Source: Chiloscyllium plagiosum (taxonomy: Eukaryota). From it: a stretch of 59,389 bases of DNA. The position numbers and the translations under genes are program-made. The stretch spans positions 92,769,465 through 92,828,853 of the forward strand of contig NC_057719.1 of the NCBI RefSeq assembly GCF_004010195.1, written 5' to 3'. The notes under the pieces were generated by a model, which was given only the letters and a program-made list of their open reading frames with translations, had not been told where the DNA came from and searched no databases. This document shows, piece by piece, positions 26,819 to 40,344 of this stretch (positions are counted from its first letter, which is position 1; the number at the start of each line of letters is the position of its first letter).

Positions 26819-28260
26819 TAAGAAATAGGATCAGAAGTCGGTCATTCCACAACTCCAGCCCTGGTATTCCATAAGAGCATGGTTGATGTACTGCAGTACC
26901 CAACTGCCGTTTCATGCCAACTCCTTACGCCCCTCAACTCGCTGATGTAGTAATACCTCATCCACATTGTCTGTAAAAGCATTCAGTGATCTAAGTTCTG
27001 CACCTCTCTGGGTTAGAGAAATTAAGGCATGTACAACCTTCTGAAAGAAGAAATTTCCATGCATCTCAATTTTAAATCGACGTCCCATTTTCTCTATTTT
27101 TGTACCCGAGTTCGAAAATCCGTGCAAGAATGGAAACAACTTCTCAACATCTACCTTGTCAAGTCAACTGTGTACCTGGTACTTTTTATTGATGTGACCC
27201 CTCACACATTTCAACGACAGTAAATAATTGCCTAACCATTTGAGATGCTCTTGATAATTCAGCACTGTCATCCCAGGAATCAGCTGAATGAATAAAGATA
27301 GTTACTTGCTGCACCCACATGCTAACTTATTATTTCATACACAGGTGATACTTAATCCCTTTATAGTCCACTTATTTTGGTCCCCTTTCCATTAAATAAT
27401 AGCCTGCTTTGCGATTCTCAGTGTCAACATGTATGACCTCATACTTTTTTGTACAATAAATTCCATTTGCCAGTGGTTACAATTTGTGATTGATATGTGA
27501 AACAGCAAATTTAACTGTATCTAGGTATCTGTGCAAATAAATCTAAGCCGAAAATCTCACTCACCTCATTTCTATCCTCTTCTAGACTTCTTACATCATT
27601 ATAATAACATTCCCTCCCATCTACCTTTGGAGATATCCAGCTCGGATATATAATGCATTAGACCCCCCCGTCAACCAATATAGATTGTAAATAACTGATG
27701 CCATGGTACTAATATTTGTTTTCCTCCAATAGATACATGCTTTTAAATTGAAAAAAAGCCATTAATTGCAGCTGTCCACCTTCTATGTGCTAGGTGATCC
27801 TCATTCCATGTTTATACAACATCTGTCACCCTGTGAGCTCCTGTAACATCTAATCCTTTATTTTGTATTACATAATAAAAGATCCCTGGAAAGCCAAACG
27901 CACTCTCTCATACTTGCCGTTCATCAAATCTGCGTTTTCTGTTTCCCATGAAATATACATATTTTTTGCATGATTTTACAGGGTAGAGCGTGAGTTCGAT
28001 TTCATTAAATGTTGTTAGCCTTGACTGTGGTATGCTTTTTGAAATGCCCTGCAACCCCTTCCTTAATAATGGAATATAGCAGATTCCGAACATAAGTGTT
28101 AGGCTAACGAACTAACTGTTTTCTGTTTCCCTCTTGTCTTGAAGGCAGGCGCCATATTAGAGGTTTGGCAGTTTCATTGGAACACTCATGCAATCTCCAG
28201 GTCAATGGAATATTTCAAATGAGGTTGGCAGTAGGACTGAAACCACTTATTTTAAAACCA
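26819..28260 (-). mobile_element. Old CR1 LINE 3' fragment
   Basis: Tail taagaaataggatcagaagtcggtcattc and the minus-strand ORF FKIEMHGNFFFQKVV. Confidence 0.7.
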
Positions 28261-28856
28261 AGCGTCAGTTGCTGATGACTTGTTTACCCTTAATGTTATT
28301 TGCTTATCAAAAGACTTGCCCCTTACATTAGTGACAGCTAAAGGTCTTTCTTCCCGTTGCCATGTTGTTTCTTGTCTTAGAAGTGATTGTACGATCTTTC
28401 CCTGCAAGGATCAATGGAAAATGCTGATCGAAATTATCTGCTGGCCTCTGTGTTGTCCATTAACTTACTTACTCGGGTCACACAGATTGTTGGATATTTA
28501 TATTGTGCATGTGCGCACGTGCATATCTTTTATATATACATACATACACAGCGAAAATCTCTTGCTGCTTGTCTTTATATTTCTTACCAATTTACTTCCA
28601 TGCTTTTTCTTACTTATCTGCACTTCATATCAGCTACTTCTAATTCTGAAAGGACGCATCAGAAATCTGGCCAACAATAATTCTAGCTAATCTGAGTTCT
28701 TCAGGTTGTGATTGAATACTTTCTTTTACAGCCCCTGTGAACCATGGATAGTTCCACTTCTTATCGAGTTCTCCTTTATCACCAGAAGCAATCACTGCTG
28801 AGCGTTATGAAATGGGTCTTAAATGTCTGCACCTGTACATTCACTGACCCTACCCT

Positions 28857-29047
28857 GATGGCGTCAAAAAAGGGAACGGGAAGCACAATTTTGCCAACCC
28901 ACGAGAGAACTTCTTCCTTACGTCTGAGACCTTGTGATAACACTTACAGAGCTTCCCCAAAGACTGCACAGGAAGATTGGAAAGGAGGAGGTCATTCAAT
29001 ACGTTGAGTCTCTGCCTTTTCTAGTTCACAATCGAACATCTCCTCAA
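28857..29047 (+). repeat. 191-bp direct repeat, copy 1
   Basis: Ungapped match to 31167-31357 with 10 mismatches counted by eye. Confidence 0.92.
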
Positions 29048-29339
29048 ATCTGCTTTGGACTGGATGACAGACCAAAATCCACATTTTAGATGCGTGGTTC
29101 CTTTCAGTCAGTCTTGGGTAAATTTGGCATATGGCTGAACTCATGATCAACTGGAAGTGACTCAATTCTCCCAGTTTCTCTCACTCCGTTACTCCAGTTC
29201 CAGTTCTGCCATATTCCGATGGGAAATCTCTGGCATGTCTGACTCTTCTATCAATTAAGAGACTGGCGCCTCCTAACTCTAGTGGGCAAGCTTTTCAGGT
29301 GTGAGTGATTAATCTCGCATGCTTATGAACTCATCTCTT

Positions 29340-30440
29340 CCCCTCCTTTGCAGAAGAATGAAAGAGAAATCCCGGCCTTATGTTTCACTGCAGTAATCTT
29401 GCATTCAAAGCATCATTGTCGACCCAATACAACAACTCCAGTAATACAGCAGATCAGAAATATCACCCCCTCCCGTCCACTACCACAATTTCACAGGGAC
29501 CACTCTCTCTATGACAACCTCCCAGGATCTGCAACACTTGCCATTCAAGTCTTTCCTCCTCAGTGCCCAATGCCCCAAACACATCCTTCAGGTGAAACAG
29601 CATTCCACTTGTACTCTTTCAATCCTATCTCCTATCATTGTTGCTCACAATGCAGTCTCCTTTACATTGGCTAGACCAAACAGAGATTGCTTTAAGGTAC
29701 ATTCCCATTTTGTCTGCAGGAATAATTCCGAACTTCTAATTTATTCCCATTTTAAGAAACAAACTTATTCTCATGTTAACGTTTTTGTCATGGGCTGCTG
29801 CAATGTTCCAGTGAAGCATAATCTAAATTCGAGGAACACTTCATTTGATGATTTGATACGTTATAACCTGTAGGACGTAATATTCAATTCCATTACTTCA
29901 CAGCCTGTCCTCAATATGACTATTCACCACTTTTTCTACATTTTTGCGATCTGGTCTTCCTACGACCTTGTCTTGTTTGTGTCGTGTTTATCTTGCAAAA
30001 GACAAAATTCCATTCCCCATTCACACCTAATTTACACCTTATTCTCTTCCACCCACAATGAAAAGGCTGTTTTTTTCTTTAGCAATGCAACTTCATACAC
30101 CCTGCTTCCCGTGATCCGACCTCTGCTATGTAACCAAATAGCCCACTTTCCAACCCTTTTCAGTTCCGACGAAGAGTCACAATTGACTAGAAATTTTAAC
30201 ACTGTTTCTGTGTCTCCGCAGGTACTGCCAGATCTGCTAAGTCTCTTCAGAAATACATAGGCACAGAACAAACTTTCAGTAAAACAAAGCACTGTGGATA
30301 TCGAAAATCTGAAACAAAAAAAATAAAATGCTGCACAAACTGTGATAATTGAAGAAGCGTCATTGGACCGAATATTAACTCTGCTTTCACTCCACAGATG
30401 CTGCCAGACCTGCTTAGTTTCTTCAGCAACTCCTGTTTTT
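29340..30440 (+). mobile_element. Old Penelope-like remnant (GIY-YIG region and pLTR pieces)
   Basis: ttgctcacaatgcagtctcctttacattgg (CSQCSLLYIG) and a decayed hammerhead at ~30161-30200 (agttccgacgaagagtcacaattgactagaaa). Confidence 0.65.
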
Positions 30441-31166
30441 GGACAAATTTCAAAGGTCTGTGTCAAAGCTGCTCAAACACCCCTTCCAAATAGAAGTCCA
30501 TACACAGGAAGTGAACAGGAGCACAACGTGCACAAATTCTTTTGTTTTAATGAAACTAAATGAGACTGGCTTCACTGACACTGCAGAGCTGTTAATCATG
30601 GTCATGGAGAGAAACAGAGGGAAGCACATTCACTTTATACACAGAAGATGGCACTAATCAAAGGGAATAGATCCAGATGAATATGTGAAAGGATTTTGAG
30701 AAATGTGACAAATTGGAGACGTGATCAAAAAGATGTTCTCAGAAGAATGAGAAGTTAAAATGAAAATTTTAAAATTTCTGTCAAGCAGCACAGAAACAAA
30801 CTGCTCAATTTCGGTTCCGATACGTCCCATGCAGAAATGGTGTTGTTGTACGGATGTCACTGTATTAGTAATCCAGACTGGGCTAATGCTCTAGCAGTAA
30901 GTGGAAGTTAATAACAATTAATCCTGTGTCAGCAATAGTGAGAATTGCAGCCAAAGATGATTGCAAACAACAATGTGCTTCACCAATATCCGTCCAAGAA
31001 GCAACACTACCGAGCGTTCCTGGTCTAGCATAAAAGTTACTCCAGACACACAGACATGTGCTAAACTCCTCAATTGTCTCTGAAATGACTAAGGGTGACA
31101 CTCAGTTGCATCTAACTGGTCTGAGTTCTTTCAAGGATAAAACTGGAGTAAACATCCAGCCTCATC

Positions 31167-31357
31167 GATGGTGTCAGAAAAGAGAACGGGAAGCACAATT
31201 TTGACAACCCACGAGAGAACTTCTTCCTTACGTCTGAGACCTTGTAATAACACTTACAGAGCTTCCCCAAAGACTGCTAAGGAAGATTGGAAAGGAGGAG
31301 GTCATTCAATGCGTTGGGTCTCCGCCTTTTCTAGTTCACAATCGAACATCTCCTCAA
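31167..31357 (+). repeat. 191-bp direct repeat, copy 2
   Basis: Matches 28857-29047, offset 2310 bp. Confidence 0.92.
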
Positions 31358-31479
31358 TTCACTTTTCCCACACAATGTACATATCCCTTAATGTGAGTAA
31401 ACAGCAGAAGAAATATAATATAAGCACTGTAGTGTTCCCTTCAGTCCAGTGATTCCTACTAAATATAACAATGGCTAAT

Positions 31480-34200
31480 CCTCTTTCTCCACACCATACT
31501 CCTGTTCTCTAACTCTAATAGCTAGAAATCCTTACATACATTCAGTGCTTTGTCTTCCACAGCCTTATGTGGTAGAGAATTCCCCAGGATGCACAATCGC
31601 TGAGTGCAGACATTTATTTTCATCTTAATAGAGAGTAGCCTGCCTGCAAATAAAAAGTGGCCCCAAGTTTTAGAAGTTGCAGCCAGGGGGATTATCATTC
31701 TTTCATCCAATCTGCCTTCTTCCATCAGAGTTTTGTATATTTCACCAACATCTTAACTCACTTTGCTAACACTAATGGAATAGAGGCCCAATCATCTCAC
31801 ACTCTGTTCAAAAAAGTCTGTCACGATAGAGATCAGTCTAGTCAGCCTTTGCTGTACTCCATCTATATATCTATATATTTGATAAGGAGACCGAAATTTC
31901 ACACAAACCTGCAAAATGTTCGAGATGCGGTCCTCACCAAGGCCTATGCAAACTTACTTTGGTACACAACTTACATTGAAAGAAGATCAACGTGCAATTT
32001 ATCTTTCTACGTGCTTTCTGTTCGTGAAACTTCTTTCAGTGACTGGTGTACAAGGAGATCCAGATCCTTGTTAATGTTGCAGGTACCCACTTGTTGGGAC
32101 TATGTAAAGTGATCGTTACTTCTGGCTTCAGAAGTGGCATGAGTCTCAGAGGTCTGCCCAGATCAAAACAAAAAAAGGAAGCATAAGTCCCTTTATACAA
32201 CACCATTATTCAATCAATCCCTTCTCTTATTTTAGAACGCCATTCTACTTTTGCCATCAAGGTTCACAATGTCACATCTATCCGCATTGCTTTTCATCTG
32301 CCATGTATTTGCCCAAACTCCATGTGCCTGAATCATTTCCGCATGAATCAGAATCCTACATTGTCTAATGCAGTTAGCAGACTTGGAAATCTTGCATTAG
32401 TTTCCCTCAATCAAACGCTGGAGTTGTATTGTGAATAGCTGGGGCCCAGATGCCAATCCCTGTGATATCCCATGATCCTTCACCCCAAGAAAGCGTTGTT
32501 TTGTACATATTCAATGCTTGATGTCAGCTCGCCTATTCTAAAAACTGTTAGGTTTGTTACATCCAATCTCACAAGATTTGATAATCTACACTAGGCTTGA
32601 TATTTTAACAAAAGTACGCCTGATAATCTAAATGTGTTACATCTATTATGTTTCCGTGATTTATCTACGAGATGGTTTTCATAAATCTATGCTGGCTTTC
32701 AGTGCCAATATTTTTTCTAAAACCTTTTATTTACTAATTTCTTTCTATTCCTTCTTTTCTCACAAGATTTAGTTTCCTAGTATTACTGGCGAAATCTTTT
32801 TGTTTTATTTTCTTCTGTGAAGACTGACCTAAAGTCGTTGCTTCACAGTTCTGTAATTTCCATGTTCTCTATCCGTCATTCTTTGGCTTCAGAGTGTAAG
32901 GAAACGAGACTTATTTCCTCTCACATTTCACATTGGCATACCTTTCAAAGGTATCACAGTTCAGGCTTATAAACCTTATTAATATATGCTTGAGAAGCCA
33001 AACAATTCCTCTCTTGAGCTTGATCTTCCATAATCATGCAATCTGTGCTGGACCTTTAACCAAGGTACGTTGTCTTTGGAGTATTTTTCAGGTGATTTTA
33101 AAAGTATAATTTCTGAAAAGTCTGGGCTTGGAAGGGTTATAGGGCCAGTTTGATTGTAGCTAACAGACACTGTCTCATAGAGTAGGCATTCAAGTCTTTT
33201 TTTAAAACAAAAACACTTGGAAAATGAAATTGGAGTATCTAGTTCTCCCAGCGCAGCTTTTCTCTGGTTTGATTTAGGTTTTTTTGCAGCCTGGTTATTC
33301 ACTGAAAGCAGTCAGACAGTTTTGAGGCTGCTGGTCCAAGAAACAGCTGCATGGAAGAGGGTGCTCCATGGAGCAACCTCTCTCTCTCTCTATCTCTCTC
33401 TCTCATCTCTCCTGTCTGACCCTGTCTTTGATTTAACGTTTTGTGCCAAGTGTATGCTTATGGGGACAGTAGCAAATATTTAGAATAGCATTATTAAGTT
33501 GGAATAATCTTCTCAGCTGTGGCATAGGTTAAATTATTCAGTATTCCATTCTCTTCTTTTGTATAACATTCGGTAATCTGGTAAATAAATATTTTCTTGT
33601 TTAAAACTAAATGGTTTGACCAGTTGCAACTCAACTGGAATAGGAGAGTTACACCTGCTTAAAACATCTATCAAAGTTAGTGCGCGGACCACTTTTCTGA
33701 AATGTTTTGAGGTGGTCTGGTCTGGTCCATAACAAATCACAGAAACAGAGATTCTGTACAATCTCAAATAGAGTCCGATCTGCATTAGTCCCACTTTCCT
33801 TCATGAGGCCTGTAACCATGAAATCTATTATACGTCAAGTCCCATGGTCACTCGGTGCTTCTGGGAGATTTCCTGGATTTTCTTCCATGAAGAAAGATGC
33901 AACGGAACTGTTTAAATTGCCAATCATTTCTCTCCCATCATCTTTTTTCTTATGTCTTTGCATTCACTTTTCAACATTTGGCCTTGCGTGTATTTTCCTT
34001 TCACATATTAATATAAGCCGCTCAGCAGTTCTTACGTTTCTTTTGAGTTTCTTTTCTTGTTCTCCTATTTATTTCTTACCAGTTTCCTGTCCTCCTTTGC
34101 TGTGTCTTAAATCCACGACTTATTTTTATGATATCATTTTTGAGCATCTTCCTTCCTTCCAAAATAGTCTTTAACTTCTTTCCTTAACTGTTGTTGAATT
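31480..34200 (-). mobile_element. Old CR1 LINE remnants, split by the solo LTR at 33044-33734
   Basis: Minus-strand TQRLCILGNSLPHKAVE (CR1 C-terminus) and further decayed RT-like segments. Confidence 0.6.
33044..33734 (+). mobile_element. Solo LTR (Gypsy-like), 691 bp
   Basis: TGTGCTGGACC...GGTCCATAACA (9/11 inverted termini), perfect TSD AATC, and AATAAA at ~33584. Confidence 0.88.
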
Positions 34201-34252
34201 GTCTTTATCTTTTCGCTCTAAATATCTTGTAGATTAGATGTACTTGATGTTT

Positions 34253-34428
34253 TGGAGAAGATTTGTAGTTCAGATTGTTGACCAGGTTGTCGGTTTTCTC
34301 GCTGAGCTGGTGAGTTTGTTATCAGATGTTCTGGCACAATGCGAGAAAACATCACCATGAAGCATTGTTATTCTGTCCCGCTTGTTATTTATGTGTCTTG
34401 GTTTGTTGTGGCGAGTGGTATCATTTCC
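34253..34428 (-). mobile_element. Decayed PLE pLTR fragment (same family as 6254)
   Basis: gagaagatttgtagttcag...ctcgctgagctgg matches 6256-6310. Confidence 0.6.
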
Positions 34429-34904
34429 TCAAAAACGAAACCAGCTTGCATGACTCAGATTTACAACCATAAATTGTTTAAAAAATCAAAAATGTTTTTT
34501 ATTGAGACGTCAAGTGAAATTCAAAATATTATGAACATTACTCCCAAACTCTCCTTAACATCAAGGTTTTCAATTGGCTATTCTGATCACCAAACATAAC
34601 TGCAAAATAGGCTGATATCTACATTAGTGTTCAACAAACTCTTTTTAGGCAAACATTTGATATATGTTCAAGGAATTTTTTTTTACCCAACATGATCATT
34701 CACTTGGATTAACGGTTGCAACTTGAATTAATCAATTATTCATGCAAAACTCACAAATTTCTATATCTCATTTCCTGTTTGATTAAACACCCAACATTTG
34801 CTTTGCAGTTTTGACTTTGGTATTAAACTGTCATCAATCCTTTTTGTTTCTTGATTTTTCTAAGCTTCACCTTACCAGAATCAGTAGAACCTGTGCTCTT
34901 TTTC

Positions 34905-36050
34905 TATTTATCCATTTTGTGGAATTTGGCCATCACCGGCTGGCCAGCATTTTATTGGCCACCCCAGTTGCTTTTGAGAAAGTGGTGGTGTGCTGCCTTC
35001 TTGAACCCCTGCAGGCCACCTATTGTGGGTTGTCCTAAAATGTCATCAGGGAGGAAATTCCAACAGTGTGACCCAGCGACAGTGATGGAATAGTGACAAA
35101 TGTCCAAGTCAGAATTGTGAGTGGCTTGGAGGGCAACTTGAAGTTGGTGGTGTTCCCATATATCTGCTGTCCTTGTAATTCTAGGTGGAAGTGATCGGGG
35201 GCTTGGAAGGTGTTGGCTGAGGATCTTTGGTGAACTTCTGCAGTGAATCTTGTATCCAATCGGTGGTGGAGGGAATGGATGCTTGTGGGTGTGGTGCCAA
35301 TCAAGGGGGATCTTTTGTCCTGAATGGATCAAGCTTCTTAATATAATGCAGGCAAGTATCGAAGCATTTCATCACACTCCAGATTTGTACCTTGTAGATG
35401 GTGGACCGGCTTTGGGGAGTCAAGAGGTGAGTTACTCGCAACAGTGTTCCTACCCTCTGACCTGCCCTTGTAGCCACTGTATTAATGTGCTGAATCCAGT
35501 TGAGCTTGTAATCCAGTTTAACTCTCAGGATGTTGACTGTGGGGGTGGGGTGGTGGGGAGGCGTAGTTCAGTGATGGGACAAAAACGTTGGCGCTGGATT
35601 CTCCTGCAGCTCGGATGCTGTCTGACCTGCTGTGTTTTGTCAGCGCCACACTTCTCAATTCTGATGTCAAGCATCTGCAGTCTTTAATTTCTCTTTGATT
35701 CAGTGATGGTACCATCTTTGAATGTCAAGGGGCAGTAGTTAGATTTTCTCTTGTCGGTGATGGTCATAATCTGGCATTTTTTGTCATGCGAATGTTACTG
35801 GCTACTTTTCAGTCCAAGCTTGGATCTTATTGCAATGGACAAGGTTTGCTTCAATGTCTGATGAGTTTCGAATAGTGCTGAATGTTGTGTAATCAGTGAA
35901 CATCCGCACATCTGACCTTATGATGGAGGGAAGTTTATTGATGAAGCAGCAGTAGTTGGTTCGGCCGAAGACACTATCCTGAGGAACTCCTGTGTTGGTG
36001 TTCTTGAGATTAGATGACTGACCTAGAGATCACGGCCATCTTCCTCTGAG
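34905..36050 (-). mobile_element. 3' fragment of the L2/CR1-group LINE family seen at 7558-13226
   Basis: Tail ggccagcatttt...ttgagaaagtggtggtg, then body collinear with 10284-11060. Confidence 0.8.
35578..35698 (+). mobile_element. Tiny PLE pLTR-tail insertion with a short inverted 5' piece
   Basis: Flanked by the 11-bp TSD TTCAGTGATGG (35567-35577 and 35699-35709). Body matches the arm and tail of the 40180 element. Confidence 0.75.
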
Positions 36051-36199
36051 TAACAGTGAGGCGTGCTCTGGAAAGATTTGTGTGAGATACTTGGCAAAGG
36101 TTATCTTGATGGCAAGATCAAGTCACCACATCTTATTCATTGTTCTCAAACACCATTGTGACATTTTCACCAGTTCTCCCGTTGTGCTGTTGGAGTGGA

Positions 36200-36770
36200 A
36201 AAGGGCAATGATCTTTCAGTAATGCTGTGCATACCATGGAATATTCCTGGACATGCACTAAGAAACCCCAAAATGCTGTGGCCAACCACTTCAAATCTCC
36301 CTCCTACCCTATCCAGGACACACAAGTTCTGGGTCACTCCCACCGCCAAATCAAAACCGCCTGCCAACTGGAAGAAAAATACCCCATCTTCTGCCTTGGG
36401 ACCTTTAAGAACATGCCATCTACATCAATTTCACTACTTACAAATCTCTCTTCCCCTCAGCTCATTCCAGATCCAACTCTCCAGCTTGTCACCGCCCTCT
36501 TGAAGTGTCCTACCTCTCCATCTTCCTTCCCACCTCTCCACTCCAAACTCCCTACCGACCTATCACAATTACTCTGCACCTCTCTCCATCGGTCTGCCTT
36601 CCCATCTACCTTCACCCCAGCCCCACCCCACACCATATTTATAACTCATCCACTTTTCTTCTCGACATTCCTAATAAAGGGCTTCTGCTTGAAACACCGA
36701 CTCTCCCACTGATGGGATGCTGCCTGACCTGCTATGCATTTCCATCACCACACCTTTCGACTGTCCATTC
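36200..36770 (+). mobile_element. PLE 3' fragment (GIY-YIG C-terminus and decayed hammerhead pLTR)
   Basis: AVANHFKSPSY...QLEEKYPIFCLGT, followed by cctaataaagggcttctgcttgaaacac at ~36670. Confidence 0.7.
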
Positions 36771-36899
36771 CTCCAGACTGCTCAAGCTTCTCTAAACGTG
36801 GATGGACCTTTTAAGCACAATGTATTGGTGCTGCTTTCCAGAATTTTACTGAGAAGCATTTTTTAGTAGTCTGCACGTTTGAAGACTCGACTACTAAGA

Positions 36900-38875
36900 T
36901 AGTATAGGAATAGGAAAGGAGAGGTCACCCTGTTGGGAGATTTCTATAGGCCTCTAAACAATTCAGAGGTGTAGAGGAAAGTATAGCAAGGATAATTTCG
37001 GTTGGAGCGAGAGTAACAGGGCAGTTGCTACCGGGGACTTTTATTTTCCAAACATTGACTGGAAATACTTTAGTTAGAGTACTTTTGTCAGCTTTTGCCC
37101 AATATGTGAAGGATGGTTTCCTGACACAATGAGTATACAAGCCAACTAGGGGCGAGACCACATTAGATTTCGTAGTGGGTACTGAACCTGACCAGGCGTT
37201 AGATTTGGAGGTAGGTGAGCATTTTGGTGATAGGAACCACAATTTGGTTATATCTACTTTAGCGATGGAAAGGGATAGGTACATATGCAGGGGAAGAGTT
37301 ATTGCTGGGGAAAGGCAATTGTGATGCGATTAGGCAAATTTAGGATGCATTCAATTGGGAAGAAAACTGCAGGGGATGAGCATAATTGAAATGTGGAGCT
37401 TATTCAAGGAACAGCAATTGTGTATCCTTGATAGGTAAGCACCTGTCAGGCAGGAAGGAAGTGGTCGAGTGAGGGAGCCGTGGTTTACTAAAGACGTTGA
37501 ATCTCTTGTCGAGTAGAAGTAGACGTCTTGTGTTAGGATGAGATGTGTAGGCTCAGTTAGGGCTCTTGATAGTTACAAGTTATCCAGGAAAGATCTAGAG
37601 AGAGAGATAAGAGGAGCCAGGAGGAGACATGAGAAGTCGTTGATAGAATCAAGAAAAGCTCTGTGTAGGTAGGTCAGGAATAAAAGAACGACTAGAGTAA
37701 GATTCGGGCCAATAAAGCATAGCAGTGGGAAGCTATGCGTGGAGGCTGATGAGATGGGGATGTGCTACTCAAACTTAAAAAAGACAATTTTGTCGAAGAC
37801 AGTGCTGATATAGATGGAATTGGCATTCACAAGGGGGATTTGTTAGCAATTCTGGAAAATGTGAAAGTCCCCTGCACCAGATGGGATTTATCCTCGGATT
37901 CTCTGGGGAGGGAGGAGATTGCAGAGGCTTTGGCTTTGATCATTTTGTCATTAACATCTACAGGAACAGTGTCAGAAGACTGAAGATCGGCAAGTGTTCT
38001 TCCCTTTTTCAAGAAGGGGAATAGAGACAACCCTGTGAATTATAGATCAGTGAGCCTTACTTCAGTTGTCGATAAAGTGTTGGAAAACGGTATAAGAGAT
38101 AAGATTTATAATCATCTACAGAGGAATACGTTGGTTAGGGATAGTCAACACAGTTTTGCGAAGGGTGGGTCGTGCCTCACAAAACATTTTGAGTTCTTTG
38201 AGAAGGTGACCAAACAGATGGATGAGGGTAAAGCGGTTCATGTGGTGTGTTTGGATTTCAGAAAGACTTTTGATAAGGTTCCCAACTGAATATAAAGGCG
38301 TGTGGTTGCGGGTGAGTTCACAGTATGGACCAGAAGCTGGCTTGCTGAAAGAAGGTGATGGTTGATGGGAAATGGTTATCTTGGCTTTCAGTTATTCGTG
38401 GTGTACTACAAGGATCTGCTTTGGGGTCACTGTTGTTTGTCATTTTTATAAATGACCTGGATGAGGGTATAGAAGGATGTGCCCTTAAATTTCTATATGA
38501 CGATAATGGCGCTGGAGTTGTGGATTGTACTGAAGGATGTTGCAGGTTACAGACAGGCTGCAGAGCTGGGATCAGTGAAGGAAAATGGAGATTAATGTGG
38601 GAAAGTGTGAGGTGATTCATTTTAGAAGGAGCAACCGGAGTACAGAATACTGGACTAATGGTAAGATTCTTGGTTATGTAAATGAGCAGAGCACGGTGTC
38701 CATGCACATAAATCTCAGAAAGTTGCCACCCAGGTTGATAGGCTTGTTAAGAAGGCATATAGTGTGTTAGTATTTATTGTTCACAGGATTGAGTTCAGGA
38801 GCCACGAGCTGTAAAAACTCTAGTGTGGCCGCAGTTGTAGCATTGCATACAGTCCTGGTCACCACAAACCAGGAA
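36900..38875 (+). mobile_element. Decayed CR1 ORF2 (APE end through RT)
   Basis: NYRSVSLTSVV, LDFRKTFDKVP and GVLQGSALGSLLFVIFINDLD. Confidence 0.88.
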
Positions 38876-39300
38876 GGTAAAAATCACACAACGCCAGGTT
38901 ATACCCTGACAGGTTTAATTGGAAGCACAACTTTTCGGAGCGCTGCTCTTTCATCGGGAGGTTGTGGAGTACAAGATCATAGGACACAATATTTATAGCA
39001 AAGGTTTACCGTGTGATGTAACTGAAATTATGTATTGAAAACGACCAGGGGTATTTGTTAAGTCTCTCATCTTTTAGAATGGGCATGTTGGTTTCATTTC
39101 TTTCATATGCAAATCCCAGAACTTAATTAAAGATACATTCTCAAGTGAGCTTTAATAATAGGTTCCAAGTTGACCCAGAGAATGCATTGAATGTGTGAGG
39201 TGCCCTATGTGACGCTGTCTGTGTCCCAATGTTCAGACTGAATGTAATCTAAAAAAAATGAATTTACAGAATCTTTTATGGATTCATGCAGTTTTATCCC
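38876..39300 (-). mobile_element. PLE pLTR fragment with a decayed hammerhead
   Basis: Minus strand reads CCGATGA-a-agagcagcgctcc-GAAA at ~38926-38960, followed by the tail that also occurs at 1-95. Confidence 0.7.
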
Positions 39301-39649
39301 GGCTCAAACCACTAGACCGCTATCTATTACTTTGGTAAGAGAACAGTAAATACTGGAACCAAATATTCAGGCGAGACGAAAAGTGATGACAAAGTAATTT
39401 GCAATGAAAATGGAAGAAATGTACAAATTGATATGGATATGTTGGGTGAATAGGCAAACATTTGGCAGATGAAATTTAACATGGATAAGTATGCACTGGT
39501 TCATTTTGGTCAGAGGAATAGAAATACAACTTCTTATCGAAATGGGAAGAAAGTTCAGAATGCCTCAGTGCATGAGGAACAGGGTATACCTGTTGCTATC
39601 ACAGAAAACTCACCAACAGATACAGCAGGAAATGAGAAAGGCAATTTCA

Positions 39650-39867
39650 GTTAAGTTTTCTAATTGTTAAACTAATATAAATTTCTATTTCTTTTGTTTG
39701 TGTTTCAACTATAGAGTTTACATAAAACATTTTGCATTATGTCAAATGGTTTGACCAGTTGCATCTCATCCAAAACACTCACTTCACATCTAACAAAAGA
39801 AATGAGATAAAGTTTGGTTCGAGGCAAACTTCTGAATTGGTTTGAGGGTCGAGCCTTTTACATAACC
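39650..39867 (+). mobile_element. 3' portion of a Gypsy-like LTR
   Basis: aaatggtttgaccagttgca motif shared with 33609, ending in cataacc. The 5' end was not found. Confidence 0.6.
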
Positions 39868-40273
39868 CAGTTCCCTACCCTAGAATGCCGTGAATGCAGG
39901 GATCATTTCATAAATTTGAGTTTTCAGAGTACTGGCAGGAAAGTGGAACTGGGGCCCAGATGAGATCAGTCTTGATTACTTTAAATGATGGAGCAAGCTC
40001 GAGACGAGGAATTACCCATTGACACACTTAGATATTATTCAGCCCATTGAATGCACTATGCAGGAATGTGGAGGACAGGGTATCAAGCAGATAATTGGGA
40101 TAAATTGTCTTCATCAGATTCACAGAACGTAAACTTTGGAGTCACCCAGTGAGCAACGATAGGTCCTTAACTATTTACTAGGAGAAAGTGAGGACTGTAG
40201 ATGCTGAGTACCAGAGATGAAAAATGTGGTGCTGGAAAAACACAGCAGGCCAGGCAGCATCCGAGGAGCAGGA

Positions 40274-40311
40274 GAATCGACGTTTCGGGCATAAGCCCTT
40301 CTTCAGGAATC
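40274..40311 (-). ncRNA. Minimal type I hammerhead ribozyme, intact core
   Basis: gattc-CTGAAGA-a-GGGC-ttat-GCCC-GAAA-CGTC^gattc, with a palindromic ACGT stem III. Confidence 0.78.
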
Positions 40312-40344
40312 CTGAAGAAGAGCTTATGCCCCAAACGTCGATTC
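40307..40344 (+). ncRNA. Hammerhead copy with a core mutation (GAAA to CAAA)
   Basis: gaatc-CTGAAGA-a-GAGC-ttat-GCCC-CAAA-CGTC-gattc. Stem I gaatc/gattc is perfect, but G12 is lost. Confidence 0.6.
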
